A stretch of DNA of 44,595 nt from a virus (Duplodnaviria; Caudoviricetes): positions 1-44,595 of IMG/VR virus record IMGVR_UViG_3300010234_000020, one strand, 5' to 3'. The position numbers and the translations under genes were made by a program. How positions within the stretch are numbered: the first letter of the stretch is position 1; the number at the start of each line of letters is the position of its first letter. The notes under the pieces are model-generated. The model did no database searches. It was not told the DNA's origin and saw only the letters and a program-made list of their open reading frames with translations. Of the stretch, positions 8,722 through 16,425 are shown one piece after another.

Positions 8722-9627
8722 TTACCGCGTGAGGGCGGCGAACGCGGCGACGTTGACCTTGGCCAGGCGGCCCCGGGTGACGGCCTCGGCGCGGCGCCCC
8801 GTGCCGGGCTTGGCGCGGGCCACCCCGTCCGCGTGGTTCGTGGCGTTGGTGACCGCGTTGAAGGCGACCCAGGCCGTGTCCGGGTTCCCCGTCGCGTTCT
8901 CGCGCTCCCAGCGGATGGCGGCGAGGGCGACCTCGTACCGGTTGCGGATGCGCGCGTCCTTCGCGTCACGGTCCCCGCCGAGGGCGTTGGCGACGAATGC
9001 CACCTGCTCGGCGTTCGTCATCGCGCGGTGGGCGAGGGCGTTGGCCCGGCCCCGGAACTGGTCCCAGTTGGCGGCGGCCTCGCGCATCATCCCGGCCGCG
9101 ATCAGCAGGCGCTGCGGGGCGGAGGACGTGTGCGTGACGCGGAGGAGGGCGTGCCCGGCCTCGCGGCGACACATCACGAACTGGTTGCTGCAGTTGAGGT
9201 TCGTGGTGGTGAGCATCGTCTGCAGGGCGGTCTTGCCGTCGTACCCGGCGAGGATCGTGAGGGCGGGGACGACCGTGCTGCCACCGATGTCGGCGCCGCC
9301 ACCCGGGAGGCCCATCTGGAAGGCGATGGTGCGGCCGTCGTTCCAGACGGCGACGTTGTCGAACGTCGCGCCCTCACCGGCGGCGGCGTCGGCGATGGCC
9401 CCGACCTGCTCGGGCTGGATCACCGCGTACCGGCTCCCGACCATCGCGAAGAAGGTGCCGTCGTCCTTCAGCATCGCGCGCCACGGGATCGGGTTCTCGT
9501 CGCTGCGCCACTCGGGGTTAACGGCCTGCACGTCCTCGAGGCGGACGGTGAAGTCGGCTCCGGCGGCGCGCATCGCCTCGTATGCGGTCGTGGCCTTGGC
9601 GGTCGTCTGTGCGAACTTGCTGCTCAT
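8722..9627 (-). CDS. DUF932 (TIGR03299-like) phage/plasmid protein
   Basis: VGSRYAVIQP, ILAGYDGKTA, NLNCSNQF..VTHT, TAWVAFNAVT pattern. Confidence 0.8.
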   Translation of the reverse strand: MSSKFAQTTAKATTAYEAMRAAGADFTVRLEDVQAVNPEWRSDENPIPWRAMLKDDGTFFAMVGSRYAVIQPEQVGAIADAAAGEGATFDNVAVWNDGRTIAFQMGLPGGGADIGGSTVVPALTILAGYDGKTALQTMLTTTNLNCSNQFVMCRREAGHALLRVTHTSSAPQRLLIAAGMMREAAANWDQFRGRANALAHRAMTNAEQVAFVANALGGDRDAKDARIRNRYEVALAAIRWERENATGNPDTAWVAFNAVTNATNHADGVARAKPGTGRRAEAVTRGRLAKVNVAAFAALTR

Positions 9628-9685
9628 CGTGTGTCTCCTTGTCGCCGGGTCTATTCCCGACGTGCCCCGAGTCTACGCCATGCGG
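9628..9685 (-). promoter_or_regulatory. Early expression cassette
   Basis: CCGCATGG 9685-9678, TAGACT, GTCGGG-AATAGA-CCCGGC hairpin, AAGGAGACAC. Confidence 0.75.
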
Positions 9686-9702
9686 CGCCGTGGGTCCAAT
9701 AT

Positions 9703-9740
9703 GAAAACGGCGCGCGCCGGATGTTTTCCAGCGCGCGCCG
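9703..9740 (-). terminator. Rho-independent terminator
   Basis: CGGCGCGCGC...GCGCGCGCCG hairpin followed by TTTTC, just after stop 9758. Confidence 0.7.
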
Positions 9741-9757
9741 CGTGTTCCGCTCCCGCC

Positions 9758-10393
9758 CTACTCGGTGACCGACCTCACGGCGCCCCCGATGGCGAGGATG
9801 AAGTCCTCCGCGCACCCCCTCGCCACCATCGTCCGCCCGACGGTCCCGACGGTGAGCAGCGTACGGGCGGGGCCGAAGGTCCCGTCGTTGAGGTCGGTGG
9901 TGGCGTCGGCCACCTCGGACACGTCCCGGGCGCGAACCCACGCCAGGGCGCCGGAGTCGTCGTGGAAGCGGACCCACCCGGCGAGGTTCGGCGAGGGGGT
10001 CGGGGTCTGGGTCGGGGTGGCCCGCACCGGGTCGGGGTCCGGGGTCACCCGCGCCGGGGTCGCCACCGTGGACGCGGCCTGGGGCAGCATCATCTGCCCG
10101 GCCCCCCGGCGGGTCTCCCTGCGGTGGGGGTCGGCGACGTCGTCGGCCGGGGTCGGCAGACGGTACACCCAGCGGAGGCGGCCATCGACGGCCACCCGCT
10201 CGCGGACGATCACCGGGGGCGACGCGTCGCGGAAGTAGCGGACCCAGGCGGTGGTGAGCCCGTTGCTACTGAGGTTCAGGGCGGCGGCGAGCTGGTCGTG
10301 GGTCCGCTCCCCCATCGTGCCGATGATCGTGGGCCAGGACTTCAGGTGCCACGTGGCGGACCGGCGGCGGCGGGCGTTCGGGTTCTTCTTCAT
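9758..10393 (-). CDS. Hypothetical early protein, 211 aa, possible N-terminal winged HTH
   Basis: ATG 10393 after cassette; THDQLAAALNLSSNGL...WVYRL; Pro/Thr linker then a second domain. Confidence 0.65.
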   Translation of the reverse strand: MKKNPNARRRRSATWHLKSWPTIIGTMGERTHDQLAAALNLSSNGLTTAWVRYFRDASPPVIVRERVAVDGRLRWVYRLPTPADDVADPHRRETRRGAGQMMLPQAASTVATPARVTPDPDPVRATPTQTPTPSPNLAGWVRFHDDSGALAWVRARDVSEVADATTDLNDGTFGPARTLLTVGTVGRTMVARGCAEDFILAIGGAVRSVTE

Positions 10394-10460
10394 CTCGTGT
10401 CTCCGTTTCTCGGCCGATCCCATACCGGCCATCGTGTGTAGCCTACCATGCGGCGGGGAC
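10394..10460 (-). promoter_or_regulatory. Early expression cassette
   Basis: GTCCCCG-CCGCATGG (10453-10446)-TAGGCT, GGCCGGT-ATGGG-ATCGGCC 10430-10412, AAACGGAGACAC. Confidence 0.8.
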
Positions 10461-10475
10461 ATCCCCCGCGCGCCA

Positions 10476-10703
10476 TTACTCGACGCCGAGGGCGTCCTCG
10501 AAGTCGTACTGCGCGAACGACGCGGCCCCGATGGCGGGCGACAGGCCCCAGTGCGGGTCCACGTCCCCGGCGTCCATGCAGGCGGGCGTCCACGCGCCGC
10601 TATCGACGGCGGGGGGTGTCGGTGGGGCGGCGGGGCGCCCCCCGGTCTTGCGGCCCACTACGCGGGCCTCGCGACCGGCCTCGCGGTTACCGGCGCGCGC
10701 CAC
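10476..10703 (-). CDS. Hypothetical protein, 75 aa
   Basis: GTG 10703 overlaps the upstream stop; fills the gap. Confidence 0.5.
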   Translation of the reverse strand: MARAGNREAGREARVVGRKTGGRPAAPPTPPAVDSGAWTPACMDAGDVDPHWGLSPAIGAASFAQYDFEDALGVE

Positions 10704-11026
10704 TATGCACCCCCGGCGCGGATGTCGGCGGTGATCCGGTCCGCGCGGATGCGGTCGTCCGGGTAGCAGGGGCGGGCCAGCATCTGCACGGCGTACGGCA
10801 GGGGGCCGCCGTGGTCGCACGCGTCGATGGTGGCGATCATCCCGGAGTCGGCGAGGTGCCGGAGGGCGCGGGCGGTCGTCCACGGTGCGCCCGTGTCGTC
10901 GCGCGCGGCCTCGATGTCGCACACGAGGCTGATGCGGGGGCACGTGTCCCCGTCGTCGTCGTGGGACGCGGTGAAGGCGACATCATCGACAAGGTCGAGC
11001 GCGTCGCGGATCTGGGTCTGGGTCAT
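10703..11026 (-). CDS. Hypothetical protein, 107 aa
   Basis: ATG 11026 preceded by a GC hairpin and GGGGAGAC RBS. Confidence 0.7.
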   Translation of the reverse strand: MTQTQIRDALDLVDDVAFTASHDDDGDTCPRISLVCDIEAARDDTGAPWTTARALRHLADSGMIATIDACDHGGPLPYAVQMLARPCYPDDRIRADRITADIRAGGA

Positions 11027-11084
11027 CGGTCGGTCTCCCCGGTGGGGCGGCCCCCCGTGCGGGGGCCGCGTTGGTGGTGGTGAT

Positions 11085-11543
11085 TTAGACGTCGTGCTTG
11101 CCGGTGATCCACGCGCACTGCGTGTGTCGGCGGACGGTGATCCCGTGGAGGAGCGCGATGGCGTCGAGGTACGGGAGGGCGATGGCGTCGAGGGCCTGGC
11201 TGTCCGCGTCGATGAAGAACTTCGAGGCGTCGCGGGGTCCGACGGTCCGGTAGAGGGCCGTGGCGAGGGCGCGAACCAGATCGTCACAGGTGGTCCGCCC
11301 GGCGGGCGTGTGCTCGGCGGCCCAGGCGTCCTCGGGGGTGAGGTGGGGGAGGCCGACCGACTCGAGGGCGTCGGCGATGTTGGCGACCCAGGCCGCGATG
11401 GTGAGGGCGCCCGTCTTGGCGTCGTGCGCGTCGGCGAGCCTGGCGAGATGCTCGAGGCGCTCGAGGTCGGTGACGATCCGGCGGGCCAGGTCGGCCGCGC
11501 ACTCGATGTTGTCGGCGCGGATGGTGTTCTTGCGATCGGTCAT
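11085..11543 (-). CDS. Hypothetical helical early protein, 152 aa
   Basis: ATG follows a full cassette; protein-like composition. Confidence 0.75.
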   Translation of the reverse strand: MTDRKNTIRADNIECAADLARRIVTDLERLEHLARLADAHDAKTGALTIAAWVANIADALESVGLPHLTPEDAWAAEHTPAGRTTCDDLVRALATALYRTVGPRDASKFFIDADSQALDAIALPYLDAIALLHGITVRRHTQCAWITGKHDV

Positions 11544-11605
11544 GGCTGTGTCTCCTCGTCGGCCCCATCGCCGACACGGAGGAGACTACGCCCTACGCCA
11601 CGCGG
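11544..11605 (-). promoter_or_regulatory. Early expression cassette
   Basis: CCGCGTGG 11605-11598, TAGTCT, GTCGGC-GATGGG-GCCGAC 11575-11558, GAGGAGACAC. Confidence 0.8.
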
Positions 11606-11660
11606 TCACCAGGTCGATCTGGTCGAGTGGTGAACTTTTCCGCGCGCGCCACCAACGCAA

Positions 11661-11688
11661 CAGGGGGCGGCCTTGCGGCCACCCCCTG
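11661..11688 (-). terminator. GC hairpin after recT (terminator-like)
   Basis: CAGGGGGCGGCC-TTGC-GGCCACCCCCTG; weak U tract; related hairpin at about 8659-8684. Confidence 0.5.
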
Positions 11689-11731
11689 CGCTGGGAGACA
11701 CGGGGGCGCAACGAGCGCCTCCGCCGATGGG

Positions 11732-12595
11732 TCAGAACGGGGCGTCCGGGAAGGGCGACACGGGGGCGTCCCCCTCCACCTCGCCCGTCTCGGGGTCGAT
11801 GCCCCCCGGCGGGTCCGGTTCGTCGGACGGGTCGCTCACGTCGGCAGCGACGTTCGCGGTGGGCGGGACGACGGCGTCGAGCATCGAGTCGCCGTCGTGC
11901 GAGTCGGCGCCGGACGCGAGGGCCAGCAGGCGCTGGTCGTCGTCGTCGGCGGGGAGGAGGTTGCACAGGCGGAGGACCGCCGTCTTCTTCGCCATCGCCG
12001 CGTAGTCGGTGACCCAGGGGCCGTTCGACCGGGCCTTCGACCGGGCCTTGTACTGATCCACGTCATGCTTGGACAGCACCACGAAGATCGGGAGGTCGAT
12101 GGCGTCCCGCAGGTGGGCGACCGCGTAGACGGCGACGAGGTCGCCGCGATCGTCACCCAGGAAGGGGCGGTGGACGAGGCGGGGCGACGCCCCCTTCTCG
12201 TACTCGAACTCGTCCCGCTCGTACACGGCGTCCGCGTCCATGCGAACGACGTCACCGGACCGGCGCGCGATCTTCATGGCGCCCCGATAGTCGATGATCG
12301 GCGTGATCTCGAGGACGCCCCGGTTCTTGAACGGCACGAGGTGGATGCCACCCCGGCCGGTGGGGGCGAGGCCGGTCTGGGCGCTGAACAGCAGCGCGCG
12401 GGTGATCGACGCCCGCGAGCACGCCCAGAGCTTCGGGTTCATCGTGAACGCGGCCGCGATCATGCGGACGTACCGCTGCGGCGTGATCCCCACCTGGGGC
12501 ATGGTCTTCGCGAGCTTCGCTTGGAACGACTCGCTGGCGAGCATCGCCTGGTTCTCCGCCGCGATCTGGGCGGGGGTCAAGTTCGGTTGTCCCAT
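11732..12595 (-). CDS. recT: RecT/Redbeta-family ssDNA annealing protein
   Basis: NPKLWACSRASITRALLFSAQTGLAP, IDYRGAMKIARRSG, VYERDEF, GPWVTDYAAMAKKTAVLRL. Confidence 0.95.
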   Translation of the reverse strand: MGQPNLTPAQIAAENQAMLASESFQAKLAKTMPQVGITPQRYVRMIAAAFTMNPKLWACSRASITRALLFSAQTGLAPTGRGGIHLVPFKNRGVLEITPIIDYRGAMKIARRSGDVVRMDADAVYERDEFEYEKGASPRLVHRPFLGDDRGDLVAVYAVAHLRDAIDLPIFVVLSKHDVDQYKARSKARSNGPWVTDYAAMAKKTAVLRLCNLLPADDDDQRLLALASGADSHDGDSMLDAVVPPTANVAADVSDPSDEPDPPGGIDPETGEVEGDAPVSPFPDAPF

Positions 12596-12655
12596 CGGGT
12601 TCCTCCTTCACGGTCATCATCGACCGGTCACATACGTTACCACGCGGCGGGGACA
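12596..12655 (-). promoter_or_regulatory. Early expression cassette
   Basis: TGTCCCCG-CCGCGTGG (12647-12640)-TAACGT, CGGTC-GATGAT-GACCG, GAAGGAGG. Confidence 0.75.
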
Positions 12656-12657
12656 CG

Positions 12658-12783
12658 CTACCGGCCCCTGGATCGCCACGCGCACCAAACGACGCGCACC
12701 ATGAGGGCGGCGCCGAGAACGGACATCAGGGGCCACATGGCGACGCATACCTCGCGGATCGCCGCATAGTCCTCGCGGGTCAC
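12658..12783 (-). CDS. Small membrane protein, 41 aa
   Basis: GTGA overlap with the upstream gene; one hydrophobic helix followed by basic residues. Confidence 0.5.
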   Translation of the reverse strand: MTREDYAAIREVCVAMWPLMSVLGAALMVRVVWCAWRSRGR

Positions 12784-12914
12784 TTCGTCACCGGCCGGTT
12801 GTCGGCCATCCACGCGAGGCACGCGGGGCACAGGCCCTGCGTCCACGTCGTCGGGCGGAACCGCTCGTCACAGCACGCGCACACCCGGGGGGCGGGCTTG
12901 GTCGTGTCGTTCAT
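12780..12914 (-). CDS. Small zinc-finger protein, 44 aa
   Basis: MNDTTKPAPRVCACCDERF...LCPAC; ATGA overlap with the upstream gene. Confidence 0.6.
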   Translation of the reverse strand: MNDTTKPAPRVCACCDERFRPTTWTQGLCPACLAWMADNRPVTK

Positions 12915-13450
12915 TTCTTGAAAACCTCCAGGCGGACGGGGTGAAGGGACTCGCGGGCCATGACGACGCCCGCCTGGGCCGCCGCCGCGTAGACCTGGTC
13001 TGCCGTCAACGGGCTGTGCTCGATCATGAGGTCCGCCATGATGCGCGCCCACTCCGGGCCGTGCCCCGCGTGGTGCAGCCACGTCGAGGGGGTCCAGTGG
13101 AGGGCGTGCGCGACCTCGTGGATGATCGACTCGCCGGAGTAGGAGTCCTGGCGCATCTCGATCACGCCATTCCCGCCACGGGACCGCGTCGCCCGGCGAC
13201 GCCGCCACTTGAACACCAGGGCCGGGCCGGTGGCGCCGCGCACGGAGCGCCAGACGTCGTCGGCCAGGCGCTGCATCTCGTCCCTCGTGAGGCCCAGGAA
13301 CCGGCGACCGTTGGCGGTCGTGCCGAGGCGCATGCACATGAGGCGATCCCATCGGTAACACTTCGCCCGCTGGCTATCGCGCACCCGTCGGCGGGGTCCG
13401 GTCGTCGGTCCGTTCGGGACCATGCGGGGCATCGTTCTGGTTGAGGTCAT
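12911..13450 (-). CDS. HExxH zincin metallopeptidase (SprT/TIGR04338-like), 179 aa
   Basis: RDSQRAKCY N-terminus; IIHEVAHAL...HAGHGPEW. Confidence 0.8.
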   Translation of the reverse strand: MTSTRTMPRMVPNGPTTGPRRRVRDSQRAKCYRWDRLMCMRLGTTANGRRFLGLTRDEMQRLADDVWRSVRGATGPALVFKWRRRRATRSRGGNGVIEMRQDSYSGESIIHEVAHALHWTPSTWLHHAGHGPEWARIMADLMIEHSPLTADQVYAAAAQAGVVMARESLHPVRLEVFKK

Positions 13451-13513
13451 CGGCGGGTCTCCGTCGTCGCCGACCCCCACGGCCGCCGACGCCCCGGACA
13501 CTACGCCATGTGG
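13451..13513 (-). promoter_or_regulatory. Early expression cassette
   Basis: CCACATGG 13513-13506, TAGTGT, hairpin with GTGGG loop, ACGGAGAC. Confidence 0.75.
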
Positions 13514-13589
13514 ACGACGCGCGCCAGGATAATCCCGACGCGCGCCGAAACTCGGCGGGCGGGCTCATCCCGCGCCGCCGGTTGAGGGG

Positions 13590-13976
13590 TCAGTTGGAGA
13601 AGTAGTCGTGGATCTGAACCTCGATCGTCACCCCGTCGCGGGTGATGTGGCCGTACCCGATCGCCTTGGTCTTCGGGATCCTGGCCATCCCCACCCCGTT
13701 CTCGTCCACGTACGCCCCGAGGCGACCGGCGGCCCCGCCGAACGTGGACACCCGGGGATTTCCCCAGACGAGGCCAACGGTCATTTTCGACACGTCGGCC
13801 TCGCACTCGTGGAGGAGGTCGAGGGTCACGGCCATGGCGTGCAGTTGGCGCGTCATGTCGGCCGTGACCGCGACGTAGTTCCGCCCCTCGCCCTTGGGGG
13901 CGCAGAACGCCACCACCTCGGCCCGGGTGGACTCGATCACGTTGGCCCCGTCGTCGGGGGTGTCGGCGGCGGTCAC
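13590..13976 (-). CDS. Hypothetical protein, 128 aa
   Basis: GTGA-coupled to yqaJ; followed by a hairpin at about 13553-13581. Confidence 0.7.
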   Translation of the reverse strand: MTAADTPDDGANVIESTRAEVVAFCAPKGEGRNYVAVTADMTRQLHAMAVTLDLLHECEADVSKMTVGLVWGNPRVSTFGGAAGRLGAYVDENGVGMARIPKTKAIGYGHITRDGVTIEVQIHDYFSN

Positions 13977-14974
13977 TTGTTCCCCCTCGCGCGCGGCGCG
14001 TAGATGCTCGTGAACGTGTACCCGGCCCGGGTGCGGGGCTCAACGGTGGTCGTTCGGTACGTCCACTTGCGGCCGTCCGGGAGGACGCCCACCGGGGCGC
14101 CACCCAGGGCCGCGATCATCCGCGTGCCGATGGCCTTCTTGCGCGCCTTGAGCTCCTTGATCTTGGCGGAGATCTCGTCGTGCTCATCGGTGAGCGCGAG
14201 GGCGTCGAGGTCCAGCGTGACGGGGTCCGCCTTGTGGCTCGGGTTCATGGCGATCACGGCCTCGCGGTCGGCGTCGCTGTCCCCGGCATCGGGGGCATCC
14301 CCGTCGCGGAGGCGGCGTGCGAAGTCGGCGATCACGGCGGCGGACTCATCGCCATACCCGGGGTCGGCCGGGACGACGAACCAGCGGAAGGAGTTCCCGC
14401 CGATCAGGGCGCCAACGTAGGTCTCGGGCATGCCGGTCACGAGCATCCCGTGCTGGCACTGGGCGATGACCCACGACGGCGGGCCGTCGTCCCACTGGTC
14501 GGCGCTGAAGTGGCCGACGTTCTTGATCTCCACCATGCGGACGGGGGCGCCCCGTGCCCCGACCACGAACCCGTCCGGGCTGTGGGCCAGTTCGGGGTGC
14601 GCGTCATTACGGGCGAGGGTGTTCGCGGTCCGCAGGATCTTCGTTCCCGACTCGGCGGCCAGGAACTGCATGATCGACGCCTCGAGGAAGTTCCCGAGGC
14701 GCAGGTACTGGGGCGCGTCCTCGTCGGGCGTGCGCGGGATGATGCCCGCCTTCTTGCACCATGCCATGAGGGGCGACGAGTAGGGGGAGCCGCCGACGAG
14801 GACGGCCGCGTCGGTGCCCGTCACGAACGCGTTGCGCGCCTCGAGCCAGTGGTCGCGGGTGGCGTACCGGTCGAGGACGATGCCGTCGCCCAGGTCGTTG
14901 GAGGCGATGACCCCGTCCGCCCTGGGCTCCTGGGGTGCTGGGTCGCGGCCGTTCAGGCCAAGTATTCTGCCCAC
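13973..14974 (-). CDS. YqaJ-like (lambda-exonuclease family) exonuclease
   Basis: WLEARNAFVTGTDAA, LGNFLEASI, HSPDG..MVEIKN, QCQHGMLVTG. Confidence 0.93.
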   Translation of the reverse strand: MGRILGLNGRDPAPQEPRADGVIASNDLGDGIVLDRYATRDHWLEARNAFVTGTDAAVLVGGSPYSSPLMAWCKKAGIIPRTPDEDAPQYLRLGNFLEASIMQFLAAESGTKILRTANTLARNDAHPELAHSPDGFVVGARGAPVRMVEIKNVGHFSADQWDDGPPSWVIAQCQHGMLVTGMPETYVGALIGGNSFRWFVVPADPGYGDESAAVIADFARRLRDGDAPDAGDSDADREAVIAMNPSHKADPVTLDLDALALTDEHDEISAKIKELKARKKAIGTRMIAALGGAPVGVLPDGRKWTYRTTTVEPRTRAGYTFTSIYAPRARGNK

Positions 14975-15050
14975 GTGTATCTCCTTGGTCGTGGCGCGCG
15001 TGGCGCCGGTTCATCGGAACGATCGCCACCGTACCACGTGGCGGGGACAC
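14975..15050 (-). promoter_or_regulatory. Early expression cassette
   Basis: GTGTCCCCG-CCACGTGG (15041-15034)-TACGGT ... AAGGAGATACAC-GTG. Confidence 0.7.
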
Positions 15051-15057
15051 CGGCCGG

Positions 15058-15243
15058 TCACCAGTCGGAGTCGTAGTTCGCCAGACCGGCCATGGCGACG
15101 GCGCCGCCGATGAGGGTCACGCAGGCCGTGTAGACGAGGCGGTCCCGGAACATCCCGGGGTCCGTCCAGATCGCCGCGTAGATCATGGCGAGGAATGCGG
15201 CCAGGACGAAGCCGCCGAATGCCAGGGCGTTCTTGGTTTTCAC
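15058..15243 (-). CDS. Small two-TM membrane protein, 61 aa
   Basis: Two hydrophobic helices; GTGA overlap. Confidence 0.7.
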   Translation of the reverse strand: MKTKNALAFGGFVLAAFLAMIYAAIWTDPGMFRDRLVYTACVTLIGGAVAMAGLANYDSDW

Positions 15244-15623
15244 GAGTCACCCCCGCACGCTTGGTGAGCGGCATCGCCGGGAGATTGGGCGATCTCGTTG
15301 GTGGCCGTCGTCGGCTCGTCTGGGGCACGCTGGCAGTACAGACAGCGCGAGGCGTCCGCAGGCGCACCCTCACACGCCTTCGCAGATCGCAGCGCCGCCT
15401 CCAGCCGCTCCGCGCGGGTCTTCCACGCATCACGCGCGTTCGTCAGCGCGGCCTTGACCCCGCGCGTCGCGTTCCGCGCCTCGTCCCGCTCGCGCTCGGC
15501 CTTCTCGCGGGCCTCGCGCTCCGCCAGCAGTTCGCGGAAGATTTCCATGTGGCTCGCGTCCATGTCGCGGGTCCGTATCAGGAACTCACGCTGGCACTTG
15601 ACCTCGTCGCTGATGTCAGACAT
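15240..15623 (-). CDS. Coiled-coil hypothetical protein, 127 aa
   Basis: EREAREKAERERDEAR heptads, CLYC; overlaps the PLP gene stop. Confidence 0.65.
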   Translation of the reverse strand: MSDISDEVKCQREFLIRTRDMDASHMEIFRELLAEREAREKAERERDEARNATRGVKAALTNARDAWKTRAERLEAALRSAKACEGAPADASRCLYCQRAPDEPTTATNEIAQSPGDAAHQACGGDS

Positions 15624-16425
15624 CGGTCGCCCCCATCGGCCGTCGGCCGGTGTTCCAGAACAGGTCACCCGGGGTCATGTGGCCCCATGCCTTCGCCGCG
15701 TACCCGGGGTCCAGCGCCCCGATACCGGCCACCTCCACCCGCTCCGGGCGGTCGTACGCGGACCCGTGCAGTCGGAGCGTGGCCGGGGGCAGGGGCGAGT
15801 TACCGGTGAACACGCGGGCCATGTCGAACACCCCGGACAGGGTCGCCATGCCCGACACGGCGACCCCCGACACGTGGACGTGTGACCGCCCACGGATGGC
15901 GAGGCCCGAGATGATCCCGGCCATGACGGCCCCGGACCCGACCGGGACAACGATGCGCGTCACGTCCCTGGGGACGTTGTGCGTCTGCAGGCCCGAGTCC
16001 ACCGTGGCGAGTCGGCGGTCCCACCGCACGACCGGTCGCCCGTCCGCGATGGCCCACGCCTTCGCGCGCGCCCGGCACACGGACAGGTATCCGGGCCGGA
16101 CCGGGTGGATGATGGCGCCGCACTCGCGGGCGTACCTGGTCTCCGGCGACTCCGTGGCGCGCGCCGATACGAACACGTGCCCCTCCCGGCCGTACGCCCG
16201 CGCCATCGCGGCGACGTAGACCTGCATGAGGGACGTGGCGGAGCACCCGACCACGAGGATAGCCTCCGGCGGGTGGGCCGCGATCATCCGGGCGTACACC
16301 CGGCACTTCGCCCCCGACGGTGACCCGGGGCCGAGTTTCATGGCCAGGTCCTCGCGCTTCACGAGGTGCCCCGAACCGTCGGGGGCGACGGGGGTGAGGG
16401 AGACGTCGATGAACGGGTCCGGCAT
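15616..16425 (-). CDS. Fold-type II PLP-dependent enzyme (ACC deaminase/D-cysteine desulfhydrase-like)
   Basis: LTPV, VKREDL, SGAKCR (Schiff-base Lys), VPVGSG phosphate loop, LDPGYAAKA, LFWNTG. Confidence 0.88.
   Translation of the reverse strand: MPDPFIDVSLTPVAPDGSGHLVKREDLAMKLGPGSPSGAKCRVYARMIAAHPPEAILVVGCSATSLMQVYVAAMARAYGREGHVFVSARATESPETRYARECGAIIHPVRPGYLSVCRARAKAWAIADGRPVVRWDRRLATVDSGLQTHNVPRDVTRIVVPVGSGAVMAGIISGLAIRGRSHVHVSGVAVSGMATLSGVFDMARVFTGNSPLPPATLRLHGSAYDRPERVEVAGIGALDPGYAAKAWGHMTPGDLFWNTGRRPMGATDV

Noticed and set aside
7376-10441. 1021-aa plus-strand ORF
   Set aside because: Runs antisense across several minus-strand genes that have their own RBS and promoters; no motifs.
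974-11575. CRISPR array or integron attC sites from the repeated 18-bp hairpin
   Set aside because: Copies are kilobases apart and always between a -10 box and an RBS; no cas or integrase gene and no attC core sites.
15616-16425. Auxiliary metabolic ACC deaminase
   Set aside because: Family motifs are present, but the protein is shorter and divergent and is coupled to a DNA MTase-like gene. A specific metabolic call is not supported, though not excluded.
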